NCBI GenBank assembly: GCA_947581925.1
Contig: CANPWB010000002.1
Location: 64,363-128,362 of the forward strand
DNA: 64,000 nt
Source: an uncultured Clostridia bacterium
Lineage (GTDB): Bacteria > Bacillota > Clostridia > Christensenellales > CAG-917
Reading direction: 5' to 3'
Every line of letters begins with the position of its first letter. The stretch's first letter is position 1. Below the pieces are notes generated by a model. That model had not been told where the DNA came from. It searched no databases and saw only the letters and a list, made by a program, of their open reading frames with translations. This document shows positions 10,096-19,317 of this stretch, piece by piece. The translations under genes and the position numbers were made by a program.

Positions 10096-10281
10096 ATGGC
10101 AGTACCTAAAAATAAAGTTTCCAAGTCAAAGACAAAATCGCGCTTTGCGAATTGGAGGGTCAAGACTCCCGGACTTGTTGAGTGCCCTCAATGCCATGAG
10201 CTCAAAAAGAGCCATCAAGTTTGCCCGAAGTGCGGCTACTATGACGGCGAGCTTGTGATAAACAAAGAAGAGGACAAATAA
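10096..10281 (+). CDS. rpmF: 50S ribosomal protein L32
   Basis: MAVPKNKVSKSK start and a zinc ribbon CPQC..CPKC. Confidence 0.95.
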   Translation: MAVPKNKVSKSKTKSRFANWRVKTPGLVECPQCHELKKSHQVCPKCGYYDGELVINKEEDK

Positions 10282-10286
10282 GCGGC

Positions 10287-10318
10287 AAAAAAAAAGAGTG
10301 CTCAGCCACTCTTTTTTG
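10287..10318 (+). terminator. rho-independent terminator after rpmF
   Basis: An A-run, the AAGAGTG-ctcagc-CACTCTT hairpin, then TTTTT. Confidence 0.7.
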
Positions 10319-10461
10319 ATAATGAGTCGCGGCGACATCCGCGCAAGCCAAAGTATATCGTATAAAACGCGGCAAAGCGGAGTGTTTGCGATCGTCACAC
10401 AACGCAATTTGATTTGTGTATGAAAACGCGGCTTGAGCCGAACCATAAGGAGGCAAGGCAT

Positions 10462-11490
10462 ATGAAAAATATAATCGTTGACGCTATGGGCGGCGACAAT
10501 GCGCCCGAGCAGATAGTTTTAGGCGCGGTGGACGCCGTAAATGCGGACGCGGACGTCAAAGTCACGCTTGTCGGCAAGCAAGCTGAGATCGAGAGCATAC
10601 TCTCTTCGGAGAAGTACGACGCGGCGCGCATAAGCATAATTGACGCAAGCGACGTCATCTCCAACGACGAGAGCCCCACTATGGCGATAAAACTCAAGAA
10701 GGACAGCTCCCTCGTCAAGGCGTTCGACGCGCTCAACGAGTACGGCGACGCAATAGTGTCCTGCGGCTCTACGGGCGCGGTGCTCGTTGGCGCGTTTATG
10801 AAGGTCGGGCGCATCAAGGGCGTATCCAGACCCGCGCTCGCGCCCATGCTCCCCACGCTCAAGGACGACGGCAAGGTGGTGCTTTGCGATTGCGGCGCGA
10901 ATGTGGATTGCAAACCTCTTCACCTCGTACATTTTGCTATAATGGCGACGGCATACGCAAAGGCGATGAACGGCGTCAAAGATCCGCGCGTAGGGCTTTT
11001 GAACAACGGCGCGGAGGCGCACAAGGGCAACGAGCTCGTCAAGGCGGCGTATGAGAGACTTCAAAACCTAGAAGGTATAAATTTCGTGGGCAGTTGCGAG
11101 GCGAGAGACGTTTTGAGCGGCGATTTCGACGTAGTTGTAGCGGACGGTTTCGACGGTAATATAGCGCTCAAATCCAACGAGGGCGCGGCAAGCGCCGTTG
11201 TAAAGCTGATCTTGGACGGCGTAAACAGCGGCGGTCTGAGGGCAAAGCTGGGCGCGCTGCTCCTCAAACCCGTGCTCAAAGGCGTCAAAAAGAAGATGGA
11301 TTACAACGCGTACGGCGGCGCGTGTTTCCTCGGCGTGAACAAGGTAGTTGTCAAGTCGCACGGCTCGTCAAAGCGCAAGTCCGTCGCGGCAAGTATAATC
11401 CAAGCGAAGGAACTCGTCATAAGCGACGTATGCGAGACGATAAGGCAAGGTATCTCCGCATTCAACGCGGGCGAAAAAGAAGGGGAATAA
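10462..11490 (+). CDS. plsX: phosphate acyltransferase PlsX
   Basis: Internal ATG at 10462 with AAGGAGG 9 nt upstream. N-terminus MKNIIVDAMGGDNAPEQI is the PlsX signature. The ORF-track start at 10414 is an extension. Confidence 0.9.
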   Translation: MKNIIVDAMGGDNAPEQIVLGAVDAVNADADVKVTLVGKQAEIESILSSEKYDAARISIIDASDVISNDESPTMAIKLKKDSSLVKAFDALNEYGDAIVSCGSTGAVLVGAFMKVGRIKGVSRPALAPMLPTLKDDGKVVLCDCGANVDCKPLHLVHFAIMATAYAKAMNGVKDPRVGLLNNGAEAHKGNELVKAAYERLQNLEGINFVGSCEARDVLSGDFDVVVADGFDGNIALKSNEGAASAVVKLILDGVNSGGLRAKLGALLLKPVLKGVKKKMDYNAYGGACFLGVNKVVVKSHGSSKRKSVAASIIQAKELVISDVCETIRQGISAFNAGEKEGE

Positions 11491-12185
11491 TGAAAGACAG
11501 CGACATTTTCACCATAGAAAAGAAGATCGGCTACACCTTCAAAAATAAGGCTTTGCTCGAGCGCGCCTTTACGCACAGCTCCGCAAGCCGAGAGGCGACA
11601 AAAAACTATGAATCGCTTGAGTTTTTGGGGGACAGCCTCCTGGATTTCATAGTTGCAAAGCGGTTGATGGTGGAAAATCCCGACGCGCACGAGGGCGCGC
11701 TCACCTCGAGAAGAGCGGAGATAGTCTCGCAAGAACCCCTCGAGAAGGAGATAGAACACCTCGGGCTCGCAAAATTTCTCATAGTGGGCAAGGGCGAGAG
11801 CAATGAGACGATAACTGCGCACACGAAGGTCAAATCAAACCTCTTTGAGGCGATAGTGGGCGCAATATACTTTGACAGCGGCAGGGTGGAGGACGCGGAG
11901 AAATTTGTTTTGTCAAAGCTGCGTTCGCACTTTGACGGCTCCTACAAGCACGCGGGAGAGGCAGACCATAAGACAGAGCTCAACGAATTTGCCTCCAAGC
12001 ACAAGATCAAAGTGGAATATAAACTCATAGAGCAATCGGGCGCGCCTCACTCGCCGACATTCAAAATAGAAGTATTGCTCGACGGGCTGTACGCGGGCGT
12101 AGGTATCGGCAGGACGAAGAAAGCTGCCCAGCAGGAGGCGGCAAAAATGGCGATGTCGCGCATAAAAGGAAATGAGGACAGATAA
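11490..12185 (+). CDS. rnc: ribonuclease III
   Basis: ATG at 11490 overlaps the plsX stop (TAATG). RNase III signature YESLEFLGDSLLDF and a C-terminal dsRBD (GPAHSPTF-like SGAPHSPTFKIEV) are present. Confidence 0.9.
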   Translation: MKDSDIFTIEKKIGYTFKNKALLERAFTHSSASREATKNYESLEFLGDSLLDFIVAKRLMVENPDAHEGALTSRRAEIVSQEPLEKEIEHLGLAKFLIVGKGESNETITAHTKVKSNLFEAIVGAIYFDSGRVEDAEKFVLSKLRSHFDGSYKHAGEADHKTELNEFASKHKIKVEYKLIEQSGAPHSPTFKIEVLLDGLYAGVGIGRTKKAAQQEAAKMAMSRIKGNEDR

Positions 12186-12214
12186 AAAGCGCAAAGGATT
12201 TATTCAAATCACGA

Positions 12215-12333
12215 CGTTTCACAAAATGTTTCACGCAGTATATTAACCAAAATCATCATTCTAGACGGATAAAATTTTAAAAATCGCCTAATATTGGGCG
12301 GCTTTTCTTTGTTTTGTGAAACATTTGTGAAAC
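12215..12333. repeat. inverted pair of tandem GTGAAACA motifs (MITE-like or long-range stem) enclosing the rnc terminator
   Basis: GTTTCACAAAATGTTTCAC (12215-12233) is the reverse complement, with one indel, of GTGAAACATTTGTGAAAC (12316-12333). Each arm holds two GTGAAACA units about 11 nt apart. Confidence 0.6.
12283..12315 (+). terminator. putative terminator after rnc
   Basis: Short CGCC..GGCG hairpin followed by GCTTTTCTTTGTTTT. The stem is weak. Confidence 0.4.
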
Positions 12334-12346
12334 ATCTTTAAAGCGC

Positions 12347-12375
12347 TTGCTTATGCGCGCGAATTAGTGTATAAT
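12347..12375 (+). promoter_or_regulatory. sigma-A-type promoter upstream of smc
   Basis: TTGCTT (12347-12352), a 17-nt spacer, then TATAAT (12370-12375). Confidence 0.45.
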
Positions 12376-12406
12376 TGACAGTATCATAGAGGATAGGTAC
12401 AAAATT

Positions 12407-15400
12407 TTGCTTAATTTTGTGAGAATGGAGCTAAGAGGATTCAAGTCCTTCGCCGACAAAGTGGTCATTCCTTTCAAAGAGGGCGTTACTGCCATTATCG
12501 GGCCAAACGGCTGCGGCAAATCCAACGTCGCGGACGCTATAAGGTGGACTCTCGGCGAGAAGAGCGCGAAACAGCTCCGCGGTAAACAAATGACGGACGT
12601 CATCTTTGCGGGTACGGAGAAGAGGAAGAGTCTTTCCTATTGCGAAGTTACGCTTGTTTTCAACAACGACGACAATCATATCTTCCCGGGGCTGGGGCTG
12701 GACGAGGTCGCCATCACGCGCAAGATGGACAGGAGCGGCAAGAGCGAATATTACATCAACAACAACCGCTGCTTGAGACAGGACATAATGAAGCTGTTCA
12801 GCGACACGGGCGCGGGCAAGGACGGCTATTCCATCATAGGACAGGGCAAAGTCGCCGAGATAATGTCCGCAAAGCCCGAGGAGAGGCGACATATATTTGA
12901 GGAAGCGGCGGAGATCGCGGGTTTCCGAAATTCGCGCACGGACTCCGAGCGCAAGCTTGAAAAGGCGAAAGCTAATATGCAGACCGCCGACGAGGTCATT
13001 GCGGAGATAAACAGGCGCATAGGCCCCCTCAAAAAGCAGGCGGAGACAGCGGAAAAATACTTTGAACTCAAAGAGCAGCTCAAACAGCTCGAGGTCAACC
13101 TTTACATCTACAATTATGAAAACAATCAGAGCATAAAGCAGCGCATCCTCGACAGGATAACCTCCGTCAAGCAGGAGCTGGAAAAGAGGGAGACAGAGTA
13201 CAGGATCGCCGTGCGCAAGTACGACGACAGCATCACGATGTCGAGCGGAATAGATCGCCTCTACGACGAGCGCAATGCGGAGCTTATGGCGCTCAGGATC
13301 GCCGCTACAAAGATGGAGGGCGACGCCGCGCTCATAAGAGAAAAGATAAGCGCTTTGCAGCACGATATTGCGCGTATCAACGATGAGATGGAGTCCATCG
13401 ACAACCAACTCATCGTCACGGACGGGCTGATCGCCGCGGCGGAGCAAAAGAAAGAGGAAAAATTTGCGGAGTATTTGAAACTCTCCGAGACCGCAGCGGG
13501 ACTCGAGGAGAAATATAAGGATATATCTGCATCCGTCGAGGGCAGAGAGAAGGACATAGAGGAGCGCAATCGCGACTACATCAAAGTCATAGAGGAGCTT
13601 GGCGAACTCAAGGAGAACTACTCCTCATACATCGCCGAAAAGGGCATACAGAGCGAGCGTATGAAGAACCTCTCGGACGCCCTCAAGGAGAAGAAGGATA
13701 GATTGGACGCCGCTACGACGGATCTTGCGATATACGACGGCAAGCTCGCCACGCTCAAGGAGCGTATGCGTCAGCTTGTAGAGGAATACAACGAGACCGT
13801 TTCAAACAAAAACGACGCCATGGAGGCGAAAAAGGCGTATGAAGAGGACATCGTAAAGCTCAACTCCGGTCTCGGGCTCGCGCAGGGCAATCTGGAGCTG
13901 TACAAGTCCATCAAGGAGCAGTACAGCGGCTATCAAGAGGCCGTCCAGCGCCTTATGCAGGACTCCAAACACGACCCCGTGCTCGCGAGCAAGATATGGG
14001 GAGTGCTTGCCGAGGTCATCAAAGTGCCCGCCGAATATGTGACGGCGATTGACTACGCCTTGGGCGGAGCTATGCAAAACGTGCTTTGCGAGACTGAATC
14101 CGACGCGGGCGACCTCATAAATTATTTGAAACGCAAGGGCTACGGCAGGGTGACCTTCAGACCCTACACCGCGTGCCGCCCACATCCCCTCGAGGGCGCC
14201 AACCTCAACGTGCTCAAAGAGCCGGGCTGTCTCGGACTTGCAAGCAAGCTGATATCCTATGAGAAGAGATACGAACCCTTTGTGCAAGCGCTTTTGGGGT
14301 CTACGGTCATCGTCAACAACCTCGACAACGCAAAACTCCTCTTCCGCAAATACAATCAAGCGTTCAGAATAGTCACTTTGGCTGGCGAAATCTTCACTCG
14401 CGCGGGCGAGATAACGGGCGGTTCTAAGCGCAACCAGTCCCAGAGCCTTCTCGCGCAGGAGCAGAGTATAGCCTCCGCTTTCGCCGCCGTAGAGAAATGC
14501 AAGTCCAACATTGCGACTATGCGCTCCCGCCTTGCCGACAAAGAGGACGAGATCAAGGAGTGCGACGCGCGCCTCGAGCAGATAAGCGCGGAGATGTCCG
14601 AACTTAAGGTTGATATCAGCCTCAACGAGAGCAGATCCAAACAGGCTTTCGAGGAGACTCAGAGGCTGAACGCAGAGATAAGCGAATCGGCGGAAGAGTA
14701 TGAAAAAATAAGGGCAATCGTAGCGGATCTCGACGCAAAGATAAGCTCCATCGACGAGCTTGAGCGCGTCGCCGCCGAAAGGAAGGACGAATATACAAGC
14801 CTGTATGAGGAGTCCCGTTCGCAGGGTACGCAGCAACGCTCCGAGAGACAGGAGTTGCAGGAGCAGGTCATGCAGACGCGCATAATGCTTGCGTCCCTAA
14901 ACAGCGAGATAGACCGCGCGAAGGGCGACATCTCGCACTATATGCGCCAAAGAGGGGAGCTCGAGGGCAGAAAGATAGATTGCGCCGAGACGCTAAGACA
15001 AAGACAGGCGGAGCTCGAAGCCATAGCGGATAAGGCGGCAAGCGCCACGCTCTCCGCCGAGGACGCCGCGCGCATAAAGGAAGTCGAGGACGACATATCG
15101 TCGCTAAACGAGCGCAAGCGCAATCTGTCGGATGAGATAAAGAGCCTTGACGAGCAAAAGACCGCGCTGTTCGAGGCTAAGAACGACCTAAACAGCAAAC
15201 TTGTCCGCGACGAGGCTATGCTGGACAACGTGGATATCGAGATACGCAATCAACAGGAGCACATCCTCGAAGAATACGATCTTACATACACGTCCTCGCT
15301 CGAGTTCAGACAGGAGGATTTCGACGCGGAAGCCGCCCCGAATGCCATCGCGGAGCTGAAGCGCGCTATCGCGAGGTTGGGCGAGGTCAACCCGCTCGCT

Positions 15401-15997
15401 CTCGAGGACCTCAAGCAGACGGAGGAGCGCCTCAATGAACAGATAGCCATTCGCGACGACATCAAAAAGGCGTACGACGACCTCATCAACATAATATCCG
15501 AACTCACGGACGAGATGCGCGACAAATTCAAGACGGCATTCGACAAAATAAACGAAAACTTCAAAGTCGTGTTCAGACAGCTGTTCGGCGGCGGCAACGG
15601 CGAGTTGAGGCTCAACGCTACCGAGTCCGACGACGTGCTGGAGCAGGGCATAGACATCTTCGCGCAACCGCCGGGAAAGAAACTCCAAAATATTGGATTG
15701 CTTTCGGGCGGAGAGCAGGCGCTTACGGCAATATCCATACTGTTTGCGATTCTCAAGCTCAAGCCCATGCCTTTCTGCGTGCTCGACGAGATAGAAGCCG
15801 CGCTCGACGACGCAAACGTCAACCTGTTTGCGGAGTTTTTGAAGAAATTCAGCGACTTCACGCAGTTTATCGTCATCACGCACCGCAAGCCCACGATGCG
15901 CCACGCGGACACCATATTCGGCGTGACGATGGAGGAAAAGGGCGTCACGAAGATAGTCTCGATAGAGTTTGAGGAAGCCGAGAAACACGCGCAATAA
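12407..15997 (+). CDS. smc: chromosome segregation protein SMC
   Basis: The TTG start at 12407 gives (M)LNFVRMELRGFKSF; the alternative ATG is at 12425. Walker A GPNGCGKSN, long coiled coils flanking a hinge, signature LSGGEQ and Walker B FCVLDEIEAALD are present. Confidence 0.95.
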   Translation: MLNFVRMELRGFKSFADKVVIPFKEGVTAIIGPNGCGKSNVADAIRWTLGEKSAKQLRGKQMTDVIFAGTEKRKSLSYCEVTLVFNNDDNHIFPGLGLDEVAITRKMDRSGKSEYYINNNRCLRQDIMKLFSDTGAGKDGYSIIGQGKVAEIMSAKPEERRHIFEEAAEIAGFRNSRTDSERKLEKAKANMQTADEVIAEINRRIGPLKKQAETAEKYFELKEQLKQLEVNLYIYNYENNQSIKQRILDRITSVKQELEKRETEYRIAVRKYDDSITMSSGIDRLYDERNAELMALRIAATKMEGDAALIREKISALQHDIARINDEMESIDNQLIVTDGLIAAAEQKKEEKFAEYLKLSETAAGLEEKYKDISASVEGREKDIEERNRDYIKVIEELGELKENYSSYIAEKGIQSERMKNLSDALKEKKDRLDAATTDLAIYDGKLATLKERMRQLVEEYNETVSNKNDAMEAKKAYEEDIVKLNSGLGLAQGNLELYKSIKEQYSGYQEAVQRLMQDSKHDPVLASKIWGVLAEVIKVPAEYVTAIDYALGGAMQNVLCETESDAGDLINYLKRKGYGRVTFRPYTACRPHPLEGANLNVLKEPGCLGLASKLISYEKRYEPFVQALLGSTVIVNNLDNAKLLFRKYNQAFRIVTLAGEIFTRAGEITGGSKRNQSQSLLAQEQSIASAFAAVEKCKSNIATMRSRLADKEDEIKECDARLEQISAEMSELKVDISLNESRSKQAFEETQRLNAEISESAEEYEKIRAIVADLDAKISSIDELERVAAERKDEYTSLYEESRSQGTQQRSERQELQEQVMQTRIMLASLNSEIDRAKGDISHYMRQRGELEGRKIDCAETLRQRQAELEAIADKAASATLSAEDAARIKEVEDDISSLNERKRNLSDEIKSLDEQKTALFEAKNDLNSKLVRDEAMLDNVDIEIRNQQEHILEEYDLTYTSSLEFRQEDFDAEAAPNAIAELKRAIARLGEVNPLALEDLKQTEERLNEQIAIRDDIKKAYDDLINIISELTDEMRDKFKTAFDKINENFKVVFRQLFGGGNGELRLNATESDDVLEQGIDIFAQPPGKKLQNIGLLSGGEQALTAISILFAILKLKPMPFCVLDEIEAALDDANVNLFAEFLKKFSDFTQFIVITHRKPTMRHADTIFGVTMEEKGVTKIVSIEFEEAEKHAQ

Positions 15998-16122
15998 TCG
16001 ATATAAGAGCAAATTTCTGACGCGCGCAAATATGCTAAATATACGAAATATAATGTGAAACAAAATATGTAGAATATTATTTAACGCGCGCAAACTGTCA
16101 AAAACATAAAACGGAGTGCAAT

Positions 16123-17016
16123 ATGGGATTTTTTCAAAAAATAAAGGACGGCATAAAAAAGACTAAGGACGCTTTTTCCAAAAAGCTGTTTTTTGCGTTT
16201 TCGGCGCGCTCGCTCGACGACGAGTTTTACGAGAGCCTCGAGGAGGCGCTGCTCACCGCGGACGTCGGCGTCACCGCTACGGAAAACCTCATAGAGGAGC
16301 TAAAGGACGAGATATTCAAGCAAAAGGCGAAGAAGCCCGAGGAGGCGAAGGAAATACTCCGCAAGCTCATGATAGAGGACATCGACTTTGACATTCCCGA
16401 GTACGAATACCCTCTCGTAATTTTGCTGTCGGGCGTCAACGGCGTGGGTAAAACGACGGCGATAGGCAAGCTCGCGCACATGTTCAAGGAGCAGGGCAAG
16501 TCAGTCGTAGTCGCCGCCGCGGACACCTTCAGAGCCGCCGCAAGCGAGCAGCTTGAGGTATGGGGACAGCGCGCGGGCGTACGCGTGATACGCCACGATG
16601 AGGGCGCGGATCCCGCCGCAGTCGTTTTCGACGCCATCTCCTCTGCAAAGGCGAGAGGCAACGACGTAATACTCATAGACACAGCGGGCAGGTTGCACAA
16701 CAAGAAAAACCTTATGGCGGAGCTGCAAAAAATTTGTCGCGTCGTCGGCAGAGAACTTCCCGACGCGGACTTCCGCAAATTCCTTGTGCTTGACGCGACG
16801 ACGGGACAGAACGCAGTCTCGCAAGCACAGATCTTCAGCGAGGATATCGAAACGGACGGCATAATCCTCACCAAACTCGACGGCACCGCGAAGGGCGGTG
16901 TAGTGCTTGCCATATCCGACGAGATAGGTCTCCCAGTCGTCTACGTTGGCGTTGGCGAAAAGATAGACGACCTCATCCCCTTCGACGCTACGGACTTCAT
17001 CAACGCACTGCTGTGA
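16123..17016 (+). CDS. ftsY: signal recognition particle receptor FtsY
   Basis: SRP-GTPase motifs GVNGVGKTT, DTAGRL and TKLDGTAKGG are present. Confidence 0.95.
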   Translation: MGFFQKIKDGIKKTKDAFSKKLFFAFSARSLDDEFYESLEEALLTADVGVTATENLIEELKDEIFKQKAKKPEEAKEILRKLMIEDIDFDIPEYEYPLVILLSGVNGVGKTTAIGKLAHMFKEQGKSVVVAAADTFRAAASEQLEVWGQRAGVRVIRHDEGADPAAVVFDAISSAKARGNDVILIDTAGRLHNKKNLMAELQKICRVVGRELPDADFRKFLVLDATTGQNAVSQAQIFSEDIETDGIILTKLDGTAKGGVVLAISDEIGLPVVYVGVGEKIDDLIPFDATDFINALL

Positions 17017-17083
17017 CCTTCATTACGTGGAGCGCTGCCCCACACCCCGGCAAAGGGCGCTTTGCCCTTTGCGATCCCAAGCT

Positions 17084-17139
17084 AAAAACGCGCGAACGTC
17101 GCAACTTTTCGTTGCTAGTTCGCGCGTTTTGGTTTGTTT
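17084..17139 (+). terminator. rho-independent terminator after ftsY
   Basis: AAAACGCGCGAAC..GCAAC-ttttc-GTTGC..GTTCGCGCGTTTT followed by GGTTTGTTT. Confidence 0.75.
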
Positions 17140-17210
17140 ACAATGGTCAAAACTCCTGCGTGAGAGCTTGATATTGACTGTAGAATAGTACGAGGTTTTT
17201 ACTTAAACCG

Positions 17211-17279
17211 GGGGATTCCTCGGCTACGCTCGGAATGACATGTATTGTTTGTCATTTCGAGCGTAGTCGAGAAATCCCC
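17211..17279. repeat. REP-like palindromic element with 30-nt arms
   Basis: GGGGATTCCTCGGCTACGCTCGGAATGACA (17211-17240) pairs with TGTCATTTCGAGCGTAGTCGAGAAATCCCC (17250-17279) at 27 of 30 positions. Confidence 0.75.
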
Positions 17280-17465
17280 TTGTTCGAGCGAATAAACGTA
17301 CCCTCTGTCCGAGTGTCCCTATACACGGACTTTGCCTTGTCCGAGCGACGTCGCGGAGCGAGCGGTTTCACGCTAAGTACGCAGTGAGGGCGGGTAACAG
17401 CGCTTATTTATTAAAATATTTGTAATTAAAATTCAAATTATTTACATGATGTACGGCAAAATCGC

Positions 17466-17494
17466 TTGACACCGAATGTTTATTTGTGTAGAAT
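17466..17494 (+). promoter_or_regulatory. sigma-A-type promoter for ylxM-ffh
   Basis: TTGACA (17466-17471), a 17-nt spacer, then TAGAAT (17489-17494). A second TTGACA-containing copy of the upstream module lies at 17498-17518. Confidence 0.55.
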
Positions 17495-17562
17495 ACTGTA
17501 CGGTAAATTTGCTTGACAGACTAAAGTGTTGCGCGGCTTGATAGCAATGCTCGGAGGGTGCT

Positions 17563-17871
17563 ATGGACAGATTTGAAATATCCGATCTTCGCTCATACTA
17601 CGGCGCATTGCTCACCAAGAGGCAAGACGATATGCTGAGGATGCGCTATGACGAGGACTTGTCCTTCGGCGAGATCGCGGAGATTATGGGCATATCCAGG
17701 CAAGCTGTGCTGGACGGCATAGTCAAAGGCGAGCGTCATCTTGAGGAGATAGACTCCGCCCTCGGCTTTGTCGCGCGGGACGAAAAGATCAAGCAATTGC
17801 TGAATGCTCTGCCTTCCGACGGGGAAGTGGGCGCTGCGGTCAAAGTAATATTGCGAATTATGGAGGAGTAA
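17563..17871 (+). CDS. ylxM: YlxM/UPF0122 putative DNA-binding protein of the SRP operon
   Basis: YYGALLTKRQDDMLRMRYDEDLSFGEIAEIMGISRQAV (sigma-r4-like HTH). It lies immediately upstream of ffh. Confidence 0.85.
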   Translation: MDRFEISDLRSYYGALLTKRQDDMLRMRYDEDLSFGEIAEIMGISRQAVLDGIVKGERHLEEIDSALGFVARDEKIKQLLNALPSDGEVGAAVKVILRIMEE

Positions 17872-17872
17872 A

Positions 17873-19204
17873 ATGGCTCTATTTGAAAATCTATCCGACA
17901 GAATGAACCACATATTCTCGAAATTACGCAACCGCGGCAAACTCACGGAGCTCGAGATCAAGCAGGCTATGCGCGAGATAAGGGTGGCGCTTTTGGAGGC
18001 GGACGTCAACTATAACGTCGTCAAAGACTTCACCGCAAAGGTGAGCGAGAAGGCGCTCGGCGAGGACATTTTAAAGTCGCTCACTCCCGCGCAACAGATC
18101 GTCAAGATAGTCAACGATGAACTTATCGCCCTAATGGGCAGCACTCATCAAAAGCTTGCCGTAAGCGACAAACAGCCCACCGTATACATGATGTGCGGAC
18201 TGCAAGGCGCGGGCAAGACTACGATGTGCGGAAAGCTTGTCTCCTACCTCAAAAAGCAGAATAAAAAGACCTTGCTTGTCGCTTGCGACGTATATCGTCC
18301 CGCGGCGATACAGCAGCTCAAAGTGGTGGCGGGCAAAGTCGGCACGGAGTGTTTCGAGATGGGGCAGATAAAGCCCGTCAAGATCGCCGAAGAGGGCATA
18401 AAGTATGCGCTCAAAAACGGCTATGACACCGTGATAATCGACACCGCGGGACGTCTGCACATCGACGAAGCGCTTATGGATGAGCTTGTCGCCCTCAAAA
18501 AGGCGATCAAGCCTACGGAGATACTGCTTGTCGTAGACAGCATGACGGGTCAAGACGCGGTCACAGTCGCGGACACCTTCAACAAGACCCTCGACATCAC
18601 GGGCGTCATAATGACGAAGCTGGACGGCGACACCCGCGGCGGCGCGGCGCTGTCAATTAAGGCGGTCACGGGCAAGCCTATCAAATTCAACGGCACGGGC
18701 GAGAAACCCGATGATATCGAGCCTTTCCACCCCGAGCGTATGGCGTCGCGCATACTCGGCATGGGCGACGTGCTCACCCTGATAGAGAAGGCGCAGGACG
18801 CTTTCACGCAGGAAGAGGCGCTCAAATTGGGCAAAAAGCTCAAAGAAAACTCCTTTACGCTCGAGGATTATCTGCAACAGCTCGAGAGCATGAAGAAGAT
18901 GGGCAACATCAACGATATGATCGCGATGATACCCGGATTGGGCGGCAAGCTTAAGGGCACGCCGCAGATAGACGAAAAGCAGATCGCTCATACAAAGGCG
19001 ATAATCCTCAGCATGACTCCGCAGGAGAGGCGCAATCCCGACATCATCAAGGCGTCGAGGCGTAAGCGTATCGCGGCGGGCAGCGGCACTTCCATACAGG
19101 AAGTCAACCAGCTCCTCAAGCAATTCGACACTATGAAGCAGATGATGGCGCGCATGCAAAAGGGCGGTATGCGCGGGCTGAGAGGCTTGAAAGGTTTGTT
19201 CTGA
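17873..19204 (+). CDS. ffh: signal recognition particle protein Ffh
   Basis: GLQGAGKTT, DTAGRL, TKLDGDTRGG and a Met-rich M domain are present. Confidence 0.95.
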   Translation: MALFENLSDRMNHIFSKLRNRGKLTELEIKQAMREIRVALLEADVNYNVVKDFTAKVSEKALGEDILKSLTPAQQIVKIVNDELIALMGSTHQKLAVSDKQPTVYMMCGLQGAGKTTMCGKLVSYLKKQNKKTLLVACDVYRPAAIQQLKVVAGKVGTECFEMGQIKPVKIAEEGIKYALKNGYDTVIIDTAGRLHIDEALMDELVALKKAIKPTEILLVVDSMTGQDAVTVADTFNKTLDITGVIMTKLDGDTRGGAALSIKAVTGKPIKFNGTGEKPDDIEPFHPERMASRILGMGDVLTLIEKAQDAFTQEEALKLGKKLKENSFTLEDYLQQLESMKKMGNINDMIAMIPGLGGKLKGTPQIDEKQIAHTKAIILSMTPQERRNPDIIKASRRKRIAAGSGTSIQEVNQLLKQFDTMKQMMARMQKGGMRGLRGLKGLF

Positions 19205-19317
19205 AAAGCGGACATTTGAGACTTAAAAGATAGCCTCAACCAAACAAAGCCTCAAACATCAAAATACGAAAACCAAAACAAAAAAACTATAAATCTCTTT
19301 ATTGGAGGACAAAAACA

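Noticed and set aside
12431-13447. A long antisense ORF (338 aa) opposite smc. Similar long antisense or off-frame ORFs occur at 13802-14836, 15188-16093, 37174-38346, 43251-44231, 50076-50918, 51492-52433, 58312-59169 and 61323-62102.
   Set aside because: Each lies entirely within, or straddles, a strongly supported sense-strand housekeeping gene. Their translations are low-complexity (R/S/A/L-rich) with no motifs, and they lack RBSs. They are the typical stop-codon-poor antisense frames of GC-rich coding DNA.
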